Assembly: GCF_001194135.2 (NCBI RefSeq)
Contig: NC_068985.1
Span: 92,784,375 to 92,848,374 of the forward strand
Source of the DNA: Octopus bimaculoides
Taxonomy: Eukaryota
Direction of reading: 5' to 3'
Length of the DNA stretch: 64,000 bases
The first letter of the stretch is position 1; the number at the start of each line of letters is the position of its first letter. The position numbers and the translations under genes were made by a program. This document shows positions 51,643-64,000 of the stretch, one piece after another. The notes under the pieces were generated by a model, which did no database searches, was not told the DNA's origin, and was given only the letters and a program-made list of their open reading frames with translations.

Positions 51643-52227
51643 TGCATATGTATTTGTAAAATTTTATGTATATGTGTATGCATTTTAAATGTATGCATAT
51701 GCACGCAATTAGATGTTTCAATATGATGAAGTGAAAAAGTATACATTCAAATAAGAATGCTTTACGCAACTCTTGTCTGACTGAATTACATGATTGAATT
51801 ATTGTTTCTCACAATAATGTTTATTTCCATTTTCCTATGTTACAAGACCAGTAGAATTAATACAAGACAAAATACTGGTGCTTCTATGAATGCTTTTGGA
51901 AGATAATTCTTTGGAAGCTAGAAGGCCTAAATTTTGATGGGTAACCCCGAAATATGTGAAATAATAGATGTCCTTCATACTCAGGTACTTAGCTTTCAAC
52001 AACTTGTTGACAGACTGTCAGCATGTTTAGAGAAACATGCACCTGAAGACAGATTACAAACACGTTCATTCTTTTGAATATTTCCCTGTAGCAAGGTAGT
52101 ACATTTCAATAGACAAACTTGTTCTGTAATGGACAGAATGGAATCTTGTGCCATTCAGGGATGTCATTGTTGCTGTTCTACATATCAACTCAATTTTGTT
52201 GCAGCTCTTTGATATTGTAGTTGTAAT

Positions 52228-52298
52228 TAACTATCGATATATATATATATATACACACACACACTTACATACAAAAATGCTCATACACATGCACACAC

Positions 52299-52344
<46 letters not shown>

Positions 52345-52420
52345 CCACTCATACACAAATGTATGCACATAAAAAAAAATATATGCATACTCATGTATAT
52401 TCATATACATACAGATGCAT
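52228..52420. repeat. (TA)n/(CA)n compound low-complexity array
   Basis: Directly visible. Confidence 0.9.
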
Positions 52421-52868
52421 ATTCTGTACATACATTAATTTGTTTGGCTGCAGAATTTGTTTTCCATGCTAAAGTTGACTGTGGAATTAGTACATCCAGT
52501 GATTTTAACTGCATTCATGAATTATTGATGAGTCTGTATAACATGAGTTAAAGTAACACCACTCTATCATAACTTTTTCTACTGTACATGGTCAAATTGT
52601 ATAAAGATGACCGGAATTTACATTTATCTTATGTTTCTCATAAATTTAATTTATGAATGTGGTAACAGCTAAGAGTTTAGGGTATATTCCACACAAAACT
52701 TTTATAGGCGTGGTTGTGTGGTAAGGAGCTTGCTTCCCAACCACATGGTTCCGGGTTCAGTCCCACTGCATGGCATCTTAGGCAAGTGTTTTCTGCTATG
52801 GCTTCAGGCCAACCAAAGCCTTGTGAGTGGATTTGTGAGACGGAAACTGAAAGAAGCCCGTTGCATAT

Positions 52869-53076
52869 NNNNNNNNNNNNNNNNNNNNNNNNNNNNNNNN
52901 NNNNNNNNNNNNNNNNNNNNNNNNNNNNNNNNNNNNNNNNNNNNNNNNNNNNNNNNNNNNNNNNNNNNNNNNNNNNNNNNNNNNNNNNNNNNNNNNNNNN
53001 NNNNNNNNNNNNNNNNNNNNNNNNNNNNNNNNNNNNNNNNNNNNNNNNNNNNNNNNNNNNNNNNNNNNNNNNNNNN
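52869..53076. other. Assembly gap (N)
   Basis: Run of N. Confidence 1.
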
Positions 53077-53150
53077 AGTGAGAATTTACAAAAGTAGGTG
53101 TGTAAACAACGATCAGATGTATTAGTTTAACACTTGGAAAGTGAGAAAGT

Positions 53151-53186
53151 CTTTTATGTTTTGAGCCTATGCTCTTCAACAGAAAG
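53151..53186 (-). ncRNA. Second, degenerate hammerhead-like motif
   Basis: cttt-ctgttga-a-gagc-atag-gctc-aaaacata-aaag: stems I and II pair, but the core needs two CpG reversions and has A6>U. Confidence 0.3.
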
Positions 53187-53240
53187 GAACACAGAAAGAA
53201 ACAGAGAGAGAAAATAAAAAAATTTAATGGCTAGGGATCA

Positions 53241-53282
<42 letters not shown>

Positions 53283-53504
53283 ATGTATATATTTGTGTCT
53301 GTGTTTGTCTCCCCACCATCACTTGACAATCGATGCTGGTGTGTTTACATCTCCATAACTTAGCAGTTCATCAAAAACGACTGATAGAATAAGTACTAGG
53401 CTTACAAAGAATAAGTACTGGGGTCGATTTGTTCGACTAAACGCGGTGCTCCAGCATGGCTGCAGTCAAATTATTGAAACAAAACAATAAAACAGTGTGC
53501 TTCC

Positions 53505-53602
53505 CAAAGGTTCAGTCCCACTGCATGGACCAGTGTCATCTATAGTCCCATGTCAACCAAAGCCTTGTGATTTAATTTTGTAGACAGAAATTGAAAGAGG
53601 CC
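53505..53602 (+). mobile_element. Decayed family-1 SINE head
   Basis: ggttcagtcccactgcatg..caaccaaagccttgtga..gtagacagaaattgaaag. Confidence 0.65.
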
Positions 53603-53789
53603 TATATTTTATACCGATCTTTTTGGTGGGGTGGGGCTCTATCTGTTATTTCTCTTTCTTTTGAATTATATTCTATTGGTATCCCTACATCTTTCTCAAC
53701 ATTGCTTCTTATCATCACCCGACTCTCCACCTTTGTCACTCACTACATTAACTGCTGCTTACATCTGATCATAAAGCCACCTCTATTTC

Positions 53790-53985
53790 TATTATACTTG
53801 GCAAACTCACTAGTGCTGGTGTCACAAAAAAAGCAACACATGCACCCTGCTAGTGTTATGAGGAGTGGCAATCCATAGAAACCATGCCAGAACAGAAACT
53901 GGAGAGCATTGCTCACTCCTCCAACTCATCACATTCTGAGAAAACCTCTAACCCATGCCAACATGGAGAGTGGACCCTAAATGAT
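53790..53985 (+). mobile_element. Diverged RTE-tailed element
   Basis: aaaaaagca..tagaaaccatgcca..aacccatgccaacatggagagtggac..aaatgat. Confidence 0.6.
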
Positions 53986-54763
53986 CACACATGCACACAC
54001 ACACATGCATTTACAGCTATATTGATTTATATTCTTCATGTATATACATGTACATGCATATAGATATGTACATGCTTATGTATATTCTTAAATATATCTA
54101 TATGTGTGTAAATATACATGTTTATGCATGTATATGCACACATGCATTTGTTCTCATATACATGTGTGTGTGTGTATGTGTGTTTATACACACATAGAAA
54201 ATCTAATTGTAAATTCTATGTATGTATAAGATTAAACTGCCCAAAAACATTTAAGTAGGAAATTTTTTCATAGAACATTTCTATCTATCTTTGTTTCCTG
54301 ATGTTATATCCTGATATATTTTCATGATTGGTGTATTTCAATTGATTCTTCTCTTTTCTTATCCTTTCCATTTCTATGGCATATGTATTAAGCTGAAGAA
54401 TTTTCAATCAATTTATCATTTCAGAAATGTAAATATTGTAACACAAATCTTCAAAATATATTTCCATGATGTTTATATACCTTCAAATAGAATACATTTC
54501 CATATATTTGTTTAAATGTTAAATTTGTTTCAGATATATGATGGAATTTGATAAATTTAATGTGGTCAATTTAAGGGAACTCGTCTACATAACATTTTCT
54601 CATATAAATATTCTGCTTCTGACGTATTATTTTCTATGATGCTGTAGAAACATTGCAATCTTATCTTATGATAAAATTATCACTTTGGACTCATTGAGCC
54701 TGAAAAGACATTGAAAGTAACTTTTTTTCTTTTGTACTTCCTTCCATATGACTATCATTTTAG

Positions 54764-54889
54764 GTTTAGCAGCAAAATCATTCAGTTGATAATGTACTAC
54801 ATTACTCCCAACACAGGCCATGAATTGGGATCTGCATGCACAGAATTTGGTGCAGGCATGGCCCTGCAATTAAGAAATTCGGTTTGCAA
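54764..54889 (+). CDS. Best candidate internal exon (126 bp, phase 2-2), product unknown
   Basis: Long pyrimidine tract ending cattttag, donor CAA|gtatgt, single open frame FSSKIIQLIMYYITPNTGHELGSACTEFGAGMALQLRNSVC, raised GC. Confidence 0.45.
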
Positions 54890-56589
54890 GTATGTGGTTC
54901 TTAATTACACCCTTCTATCAAACTTCCTATGAAAGCATATTCCTTGGTCGACCTAAGCTTTGTAACTAAAGTTTTGCAAATGGAAACCATGTGGAAGCTT
55001 TCTGTCTCTCTTCCTTGTGTGTTTGCATTGTTTTGGCAGACACAGTCCACCAAAAAGATGTATATACACCTGCTCCTGGCTATGCAATGTATTAGTTACT
55101 GGCCCAAATGAAACCTGAAATCAGTGGTGCATTTATTTACAAATGTGAGAGTTCGAAGCAAAAGTACTCTTTATTCTGCATCACTTTCCATCATCCATTT
55201 GTTGAGTATTAGTATGGTATCATCATTATTTGACAAAACTGGTGACCAGGTCGAGGGAAAGGTTTCTTCTTCTAATTCTACAAAGTATACCTAAGTATTA
55301 TTACTTCACATTTCCTTTTGTATTTAATTATATAAATATGTGGTTATTGATTCCCTACTTTGTCTTGGTTCTAAGCATTCTTGCTACATCTTATCCTGAT
55401 TTTGTATGTCATTCTACAATGTATTCTTACTTTCTTCAAGATGCCATGCTATGATTTAATGAAGTTGTGGCTGTCATTTCTATCATGTATAAGAACTGCA
55501 TACAAACTTTTTATTGTTAAATTATGTGGTTGATGATCAATTTAAATATTAGTCACTCACACTTTCAGCTGATATATCACGTTAAGTGTCTTTTATAATT
55601 GCACTATATATATATAATACTGCTGCCATCAATGTTACTCACGGGGCTGAAAACACCTATCTATATATATAGACAGATGTTTTATTAATAGGTGAGTTTG
55701 AAGAATAATCAATGTGTTGAAACCCTAGCTCTTGTTGTTTAGATGTGATAGATCTAATTATTCATCTATGTTCAAAAACGTATAACGGGAGTGTGACTGC
55801 TGAGCTACTGGATAAAGTAAGGAGATCCTACTTAAAACAGCTATGTGTTGTATATTAGATTTTTGAAATTTAATTTAATTTCTCTTCAATTAATGTTTTT
55901 TACTGTTTATGTTCATTTGTTAAATGAACATATAAGTTTATTTTAATGAAATACACAGTTTTTTTTTTCTTTCTGTTAGAGCTGATTCTTGAGACTTTTA
56001 GGTCTTCTATCTAAAACATAATTGCATTTTTTTGTTTTATCATTAAGTAAATGCACCACTGTGATTTTTTCCCCCCATCTAACTTCTGATTTTGTGTATG
56101 TGTGTTAAATGTATTTGTCTAAAAGTACAGTCAGTTCTCACTTTACATGCTTGCTTTTGTTGTACATCAGTTTAAAATTTTTTCTTATTTAAAATTTTTT
56201 TTTCAAGTAAAAACATTAGTAAGAAGCTTTTAGTATTACCTGATTAGAAAAACCTCATGTAAGAGCCTTTTAGTTGTTACTTTCTTCAGAGAAAAAGTGA
56301 TGTTAGCCTTTGTGTATTATTATTATACTTTTGTTTTTTGTTCTCTAAAGAACACCTTTGAGATAGAGATTGTCAAGAACTTAGAGATAGTGATTGTCAA
56401 GAACTTATTCATCTACATGAGCAACTTTCAGATTTTTAGCATGTTTTATTAATTTACATTATCTACAGTTTTCTCAACTGAACTACAAAAGTCACATGGA
56501 GCCGAATCAAACTCTTTTAAATAATAATATGTAACTCCAACTAAATGTATTCAGTAACTTTCTTTTCTCCATTCACTGGCACGTGTGAA

Positions 56590-56657
56590 TGTGCACATGT
56601 GTGCATATATATGTGTGTGTATATATATATATGTGCATGTGTGTGTGTGTATATATC

Positions 56658-56712
<55 letters not shown>

Positions 56713-56773
56713 NNNNNNNNNNNNNNNNNNNNNNNNNNNNNNNNNNNNNNNNNTATATATATATATATATATA
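56590..56773. repeat. (TA)n/(TG)n compound microsatellite with gap at 56713-56753
   Basis: Directly visible. Confidence 0.95.
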
Positions 56774-58889
56774 GTATTTTATAGTTCATTGCTGACTTCC
56801 TTTCTCTTCTTCTCCTATCATGTTTAATATATTGTTACATGTATAGGGTGACGGCCCCTTAGTTATGTTTGTTGGAAATATAGCAACATGATTTTCTATT
56901 GGTGAATGTGTCTTACTAATATCAATCACTTGACAAAGAACTGTGAAAAATATAAAAAAATATTCAGGTTTCTACCATCATGATTCTGCTTTTATCTTTT
57001 GTTTTTTTTACAGTAAAATGACAAGTATATTTTAATTTCTGTCTAATTGTCATGTTTGTTCTTTACATTTTGTGATGTGAGTTATATATTTTCTAAGTCA
57101 TGTAATCAGCTTTTAAAGCCTAACACATGCTTCAAATAAAGAAGAATGCCTTCATGATTATTGAAACAAGTGTGCTATTGGAAAATTATAATACTATACT
57201 ATAAAATACCTTGGGCCATAATATTTGAATTAGACTTGTTGCAGCTTAACTCACACAGTAGTTCTGCAGTAAATAAACACTAACTGTCACTGAAATTCAA
57301 GTAGCTTATTGCTATCTGAGAAAACTTGAAGTATTTTGATGTAAAATATCATTGGTACCAAAGTGTTAGCAGCTGATATAACAATAACATTATTTCAGAT
57401 ATATCTTTACATATATTCAAAAAGCACTGCAAAGATTGTGGAACTCTTCCAGAGTTTTCTGAATTATAGAGAGGAAAAAAACTGTAAACCATATTAGGAT
57501 ATACAAAATTGCAAATCGTGCAAGACTGGGAAATATTCCAAGATAGATATACCAGGTGAAAGAAACAGATAACTGTTGTATGTGAAATTTTGGATCTCTT
57601 AGTTCAGTTCTCGTAACAAATCTTTGTTGAAGTAATAAATTTTGCATGCTTAATTTAGTAGGCATCATTAATTTTCATATATTTTGGCTGGGATTCAATA
57701 TATCCAAAGTTTCTGCAAATGTATTTGACCTACTTAGATATTTAAATAGATTTTCTTTTCTTGCTTTTTTTATTTTTTTATTAAAGCAAAAATCAGTATT
57801 TTCTTTTTGTTGAAATAAATTTATTTACATTTTTGAGTTACCCAAACCATCAAACTATCTGAAATAGTATTGTTTTCTAGATTTAGTATCTGGATGGTTG
57901 ATGTCAGTTTATTTTATTCATTGGTTTGTAATCATTTACCTTCAGTTTAGAATCATTTGATATTGTTTAACATTGTCTTCAAGATAAAATTAGTCTGTAA
58001 ATAATATAATCTGCTTTTTTATTCTCTCGCATCCTATTTAGTTACAATCAAATGAAATTTTCTCGAATATAGTGCTGCTTCCTTTTAATTACATTTTAAA
58101 GTTGTTTAATTCAGAAGAAATTCACACAATAAATATATAGTACAAAAATGTTTATTTTTTTTCTAATATTTATTATGTACATATATTTTAGAAATTAGGA
58201 AATAAAAATGTCTTATCATTCAGTAATTTTTAAAATCTTTTTATTTTTTCCGTTATCCAATTATAATGTGCAACATACAATCACTTTTACTGATAGATAC
58301 TGTTGATTCTCTGTTTTGTTCCACCAAATTGTCCATTGCCTGGAGGGCTTATTAGGCTATGATTCTCAACTCAATCACAATTTATAAATCTGTCTGAAAA
58401 CAACTGATTTCAACATTATGATTTTGAGTCATAAAACAAAGGCATTATTTATTTATTTATTTTTCTTTCACAACTTTACAGAAATCTATGTATAAAATCA
58501 TACTTACCAACATTTTTTTCTGAAATGAGTTATGATTATACAGTTAAAAATGGGCAACCTTTTTTTCTTCTTCTTTTTATTGTCAAATTTTGGTGCTTTT
58601 TGTATATTTAAGTTAGCGTTTGCTAAAAATGATTGTTCTCCACCTCCTGTGTATGAACTGTCTTTACCACTCTGATTTCATTCAATGTTTTGACATTTGA
58701 ACTATCTTTTATTACCAATGTCTGCCAAATTTCGACATTTCTTTATCTACAATTATGATTTACTGGACTATTAACTTCATCTTTAGAGAAGAGACTTTTT
58801 TTTGTTTTGTTTTGTTTTATGAAACTTACATCCTATGCTACATTTCAATCAGTTTTGTCTCTGAGCATTGTTAGGTATCCTATTCCTTG

Positions 58890-58893
<4 letters not shown>

Positions 58894-58975
<82 letters not shown>
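58894..58975. repeat. Perfect (AC)n, about 41 units
   Basis: Directly visible. Confidence 0.97.
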
Positions 58976-58977
<2 letters not shown>

Positions 58978-61044
58978 TGTTTTATCTAGGAACATTTGTT
59001 ACAACTGAATCAGGCCCATTTACCTTCCATTTTTAGCTTATTTAAATATAAAGAAGATTGGAAAGCCTTCCTCTATTCTGACCTTTAGGAATCTACTCTC
59101 TTCTGTATAAGACCTCTCATAGTTTGTTGACTTCTTGAAGCTTAGCTGTCACTTACAAGCAAGTATGGCCTAGTGTACCATGCTTTTGTTAATCACTTCT
59201 GTTGACTATATAGAGACCAGCAAACATAGACACTCTCTATTTCCGACTAAAGACTAGCAATGTGTATGTTTTCAGGGATAATTTAAGAGATGATGACTAG
59301 AGATGAAGCTAAGTGAAACATAATGATGTAATTATGAAGAAGTGTTGCATAATGATGTAATTTTGAAAAAGTTAAGATTGACAGTGTGATGGATTATAGA
59401 CTTATAAGCAATAACACATCTTAAGTGCATTCTTCCTCTTTATTCTCATCATGTTATTTGTGTTCTATTAGGTAAAGAATGATTAATGCTTAAAGATTTA
59501 AAGTTGACACATTATTTATGCAAATTCAGCTGCTCTTGTTGATTGATTAACATTGTAGCTCTGTATTTTATTCACCTTGTAGCAGAATAATTTAATACAG
59601 ACATTTCTTTTCAGCAGTTGATATCTGTTAGTCAAATCGCATGAAGGTTATAATTGCAAATATATATGTTCATAATAAACAAGTTTCATCCATATATTCC
59701 TTTCTATAAAACAATTTTCACTTGGATCATCAATCTGAGTTTTGAATCTCATGAAGTTAGCATTAAATTGGTGAATAAATTCTTTGAAACAACTGAATGT
59801 TGTGTGAATTAGCATAAGTGAGAAAATTGATCAGCAGAAAAATGAGATAATTTGAAAAAAATGAGCATATCTTTATAAATTTTAAATGGTCTGTGATTGA
59901 TGCATTTTGACAAAATGAATTCTTAATTGATATGGCTTTCAAAGTTCTTTGTTAGTAACAGGATTGCACAATTTGATTAGTATTCAGATTTTCAGGTATT
60001 AATAAGTTGTCTACAAAATAAATTCAAATCAAAAGCTCATCCTTTATAAATAAATGGTATATAAAGCTGTGTTGATTTTGCATACAAACTGTATAATAAC
60101 ACAATTATTTTCCCTTTTTATAACTACTTTATCATCTAAGTATTTAAAAAAGTCTCTAGGATTTATTACATGTGTATCAGTTCGCATTTCTTGTCAAATA
60201 AAATGAAATAATTGTTCTGTATATTAATAGGAATTAACTCCAAGAATATTTAATTATTCAGTTGCTTAAGATTTGTTTTTGTCTTGAGTCCCTGTCAGAC
60301 ATTATATTGCAAGGAATGCAATGAAAAATGCCATTCAAAAGTTCACTTTGAATATTATTTTCTCTTGCTTTCATTTACATTTTCGCTAAAATAGAACATT
60401 TTACAGCACATGACCACAATATCTTAAGAATTTCCACTTAAGTTGATCTAAAATTATGTGCACAATTTTAAAAATACTTCTGTTAAAACTTTTTATTTTT
60501 GTTTATCAAATTTCTTTAATAGAGATTAAAGTTTGTAATGTATTTCTTCAAAAATTTGTTTCTTCCTTTGTTTTCCTTTTCTTTGTTGACTTATCTTCTA
60601 ATGTTTACAAGTTTTTATTTTATGTCTTATTTTATTTAAAACTTAGATTTGTTTCTCTATCACACTTGTCAAATCAGTTTGAAATGAATTTTTGACTTGA
60701 GGATTTTACTTACTTGAACTTCCAATTTTCTTCTTCCATAATTTTGTTAAACTAAAAATGTTTCACAGACTGATTTTCTGCTACAAGACTTAATGGTATA
60801 ATTCTACCTTGCAGCGAAAAACACTCCTATGAAGAGTGTCTTGTCAGTTAAAAGTTGACTAGTCAAGAATTTTCTACGAGATGAATCTTTTCGATATAGG
60901 CTCCATTAGTGTTTAAAATATCATCTAGATATTATCTTTTCATGGTTCAATGCTAGTCATTTTTTTCCTTAGAGTTATTTCAAAATATTTTTAACTTGAA
61001 TTTTATATTAATCTTTGAAGGTGAAAAATCTTTTGATGTGAACT

Positions 61045-61052
61045 GTTTTGAG

Positions 61053-61098
<46 letters not shown>

Positions 61099-61108
61099 CG
61101 TGTGTGTG

Positions 61109-61141
<33 letters not shown>
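61045..61141. repeat. (TA)n(TG)n(TA)n microsatellite
   Basis: Directly visible. Confidence 0.95.
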
Positions 61142-61143
<2 letters not shown>

Positions 61144-63203
61144 CCCATGACTATAAAAAAAATATCTCAGTGAATATTTATTTTCATAGTTTTAAAGAAA
61201 ATAGAATGTGATGAAATGGGTTTAAATTTTAGGTGCAATGTGATTAATTCACATTGTTTGTTTCACAGGTGTCTAAAATTATTTTAACTGGTATGCTACT
61301 ATACTTAACATACATCCCTTCATTTCGTACACATTTTGTTCTATTTGTTGCAGAAAATTTGGAAATTGTGTCTACTAAAATTAGATTTCTGTAATTCTCA
61401 CTTTTAATCTCAATTTATAATTTTATATTTCATTTTTATATTATATCAAGGAATATTACTTATTAAAATACAGTTTTCTAGATTACATATTTAATAATAG
61501 CTTCTCAAGTGAATCACATTCCTATCATTGATTCATTTTTAATTTGTATAAGTAAATAGTTCTCTCTTTGCTGTTCTAAACATGTTCCTAGGTTACCATA
61601 ACTGCAATGACAAGTATCATTTTACATTCTTTATATATTACTTTATATTCTGTTTCTATTCACAGTTTATTGGAAGAAATATGAAGCATCATTTCTACTG
61701 TTATGGCTTCTGTTTTTCTACCTAATATCTGTATGAAATAAGAAAACATTGTCTAGACTCTTTAAACTAACAATAAACGATATGATTGAAGTTCACATGA
61801 AATTAAATGTATTCAAGGCATTGTTTAAGAATATGAACTATTGATTGGCTGGATAGTTGGACTCATTTGCAAGCTCCATTTCTATTACAGCTTTAGTGTG
61901 ATAAACTGCAAATAGTCTTACTTTTTTGTGCTGAGCAGTTTCCATCAACTGATAGTCAATCTTAACTTTTGGATATTTATGTGAAATAATTTATGAATGG
62001 AAATATTCAAGTGAAATAACTTATGACCAGAACTAGCTTACTTGGGAATTGAGTACTTTTGATGCCACACATAGCATGATCCAATCATTTAGTTAGAGGA
62101 ATGACATGAGATTTAGAAATTGATTTATTTTGTCCAACTGATCTAATCTACGAGGTGAAGCTTGTCTACTACTCACCACTTGCTCACTGTTTGTGTTGAA
62201 GTCATTGTACTCTTACATCAGTTTGTATGACAGATATGTCAGTTCCTTAATTCTATGCTTGAGTTTCCTACAAGTAGAAGGTATTCAGCTGCATAAACAA
62301 TTACTTCAGCTCACTCTAACATCCTTTTAAAGATGGAGAGAAAATTCTATTGGTATGTTTCCTCGCCATTAAAAATAATTCTGTTATTGTTTGTCAAAAC
62401 GTTGTCTTTCATGAATTTCTAACAATTGATTAATCTATGTATCCATGTAATTAAATTTTAAGTTTGGTGAATATGAAATTATAAGTTCTGCTGTAATATA
62501 TACACTTGTACTACTTTGTAGAGAAACTGCTTAGAGCAAAAATAAATTTATTCACACTCATTTTATTTTACTCAGTATCTTATTGGATTGAAAGAGTTAG
62601 AGAGAATTTAGGATAAATAATTCAATGAATAAATACAAGAAAATGAAAAAAATGTACATTGCTATGATATATATAAAATATGACTGCGCTTATTTTTTGT
62701 TCTACTGTAGTAATTATTGTTTCTGTAGAAAGCTTGCTCCAGGTACAGAGCATTATTCATTTCTTAATTAAAGTCAATACAGTTTGTGTTATTTGACACA
62801 TATCACTGTTTCATTATCCAGTTGCATTATTTTCTTTATTTCATTAAAAAGAAAATTTATATTTCAAACTTTGTGTTGCATTTTTTGTTATTATTATTAA
62901 TTAGACATGTAATGAAGTATTGTTAACTCAATAATTTGATAATGTTGATTGTGATCCTAGCTGTTGATGATAATTTTGTTGGGCAGGTTGATTTTAAGTC
63001 GGAGGAGTAGGGATGCATAAACACACACACACACACCAACATTTACATAGTGATTGAGCACTTGAAATAGAAAAAAAAAAATGTTTATCTTGAAATAATA
63101 AAATATCCAGTTTTCTAAATACAAATCCAATTAATTTCGACCATTTTCAATCCTTAGTACATTCAATAATGGGCTTGGAGTCTTATTGACATAATTCCTT
63201 TTT

Positions 63204-63267
63204 CAGCATAGTGGTTAAGAGCGTGGGCTACTAACCCCAAGATTCCAAGTTCAATTCTAGGCAGTGA

Positions 63268-63308
<41 letters not shown>

Positions 63309-63458
63309 TCAAAAAATACCTTAGAAATGAGAACCAAGGTTTGAAATTTCCTCATCACACCTGATGAAGGCTGGAGGGTATATCAGTCGAAATGTTGTGT
63401 TAACAACAAACAAGATGAAGACAAATATCTGTCAAATGTAAATAATGTAAATAATGTA
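63204..63458 (+). mobile_element. Family-2 element: tRNA-like head, (AAT)n, hammerhead motif, (AATGTA)n tail
   Basis: gcatagtggttaagagcgtgggctactaaccccaagattccaagttcaattc (A/B-box-like), (aat)n, acacctgatgaaggctggagggtatatcagtcgaaatgttgtgt, aaatgtaaataatgtaaataatgta. Confidence 0.9.
63357..63400 (+). ncRNA. Minimal hammerhead ribozyme motif (mutated copy)
   Basis: acac-CTGATGA-a-ggctg..cagtc-GAAA-tgtt-gtgt; the stem-III palindrome ACGT has decayed to ATGT. Confidence 0.6.
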
Positions 63459-64000
63459 CTATTGAATGATGTTGTCACATTGGAGCTTTTAGAACCAGGT
63501 TTCAAGTACTCTGGAAATTGAGTCTTGTAGAATATCATTAGCAATAAGTCTACCTAGATCTTTCATTTAGGTTAAAACTCTCCACATTGTCTTATGTTTT
63601 ACTGTACCAAACATTGCCAGAACAGAATTGTTAATGCAAGCTAGTATTAGTTTAAAGAATTATAGATTTCAATCCATTTGGTAAATGGGATAGAATTCAC
63701 TTAGCTTTTCCTTCTCTTATTCAAAACACTCTTTTCATATAACTTATCTCCTGACTTATGCTGGATTAATTTTCATAATTTATGTCAGCAGTTTGCATGA
63801 ATATTTTCCTAAGGTTTTTCGTTTGTTTTTCTGTTAATTTCTTTATGGTAGCCTTCATTGTTTTACAATTTTTAACAATAGAACAAGAGGTAAGGAAACT
63901 TCTATTGATTTCTAATTGTGGCTATTACTCTTCAATGATTGCTATTGCGTTTGGGTTTAGCCTTTTCACATTTTACACATGCAACACTTTTTAAACTCTA

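Larger units (their letters stand above)
52706..53492 (+). mobile_element. Family-1 SINE interrupted by a gap and a foreign insert
   Basis: Head 52706-52868, gap 52869-53076, unrelated insert 53077-53232, SINE 3' half 53233-53492. This may instead be two SINEs. Confidence 0.85.

Noticed and set aside
63204-63270. tRNA gene (Ser-like ACT loop)
   Set aside because: The acceptor and D stems are degenerate, there is no Pol III terminator, and it is embedded in a repeated element: a tRNA-derived head, not a tRNA gene. The same applies to family-1 heads.

Overview
AT-rich, repeat-dense eukaryotic DNA with four N gaps. The SINE, RTE, mariner and MITE families look like those of an Octopus (coleoid cephalopod) genome; this is an inference from recognising the repeats, not from a database hit. 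I found no confidently identifiable protein-coding gene, rRNA, true tRNA or CRISPR array. Nearly all ORFs in the supplied track are artefacts of microsatellites, gaps, SINEs or decayed transposons. Supportable features: about ten copies of a tRNA-derived SINE (family 1); RTE LINE remnants plus short elements sharing their 3' tail; an internally deleted mariner with a nested retro-insertion; a Tc1 remnant; piggyBac-type and Tigger-type MITEs; a 154-bp solo-LTR-like insertion; many microsatellites. The most interesting signal is a second short retro-family (four copies) built as tRNA-like head, (AAT)n, a minimal hammerhead-ribozyme motif and an (AATGTA)-type tail. One copy directly continues a decayed Penelope-type GIY-YIG C-terminus, so the family looks like the 3' end/pLTR of a Penelope-like element spreading SINE-fashion. 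A second, different hammerhead-like motif lies at 53.15 kb. Several short plus-strand AG..GT segments with open frames chain in compatible phases and may be exons of an unrecognised large gene or pseudogene (low confidence).
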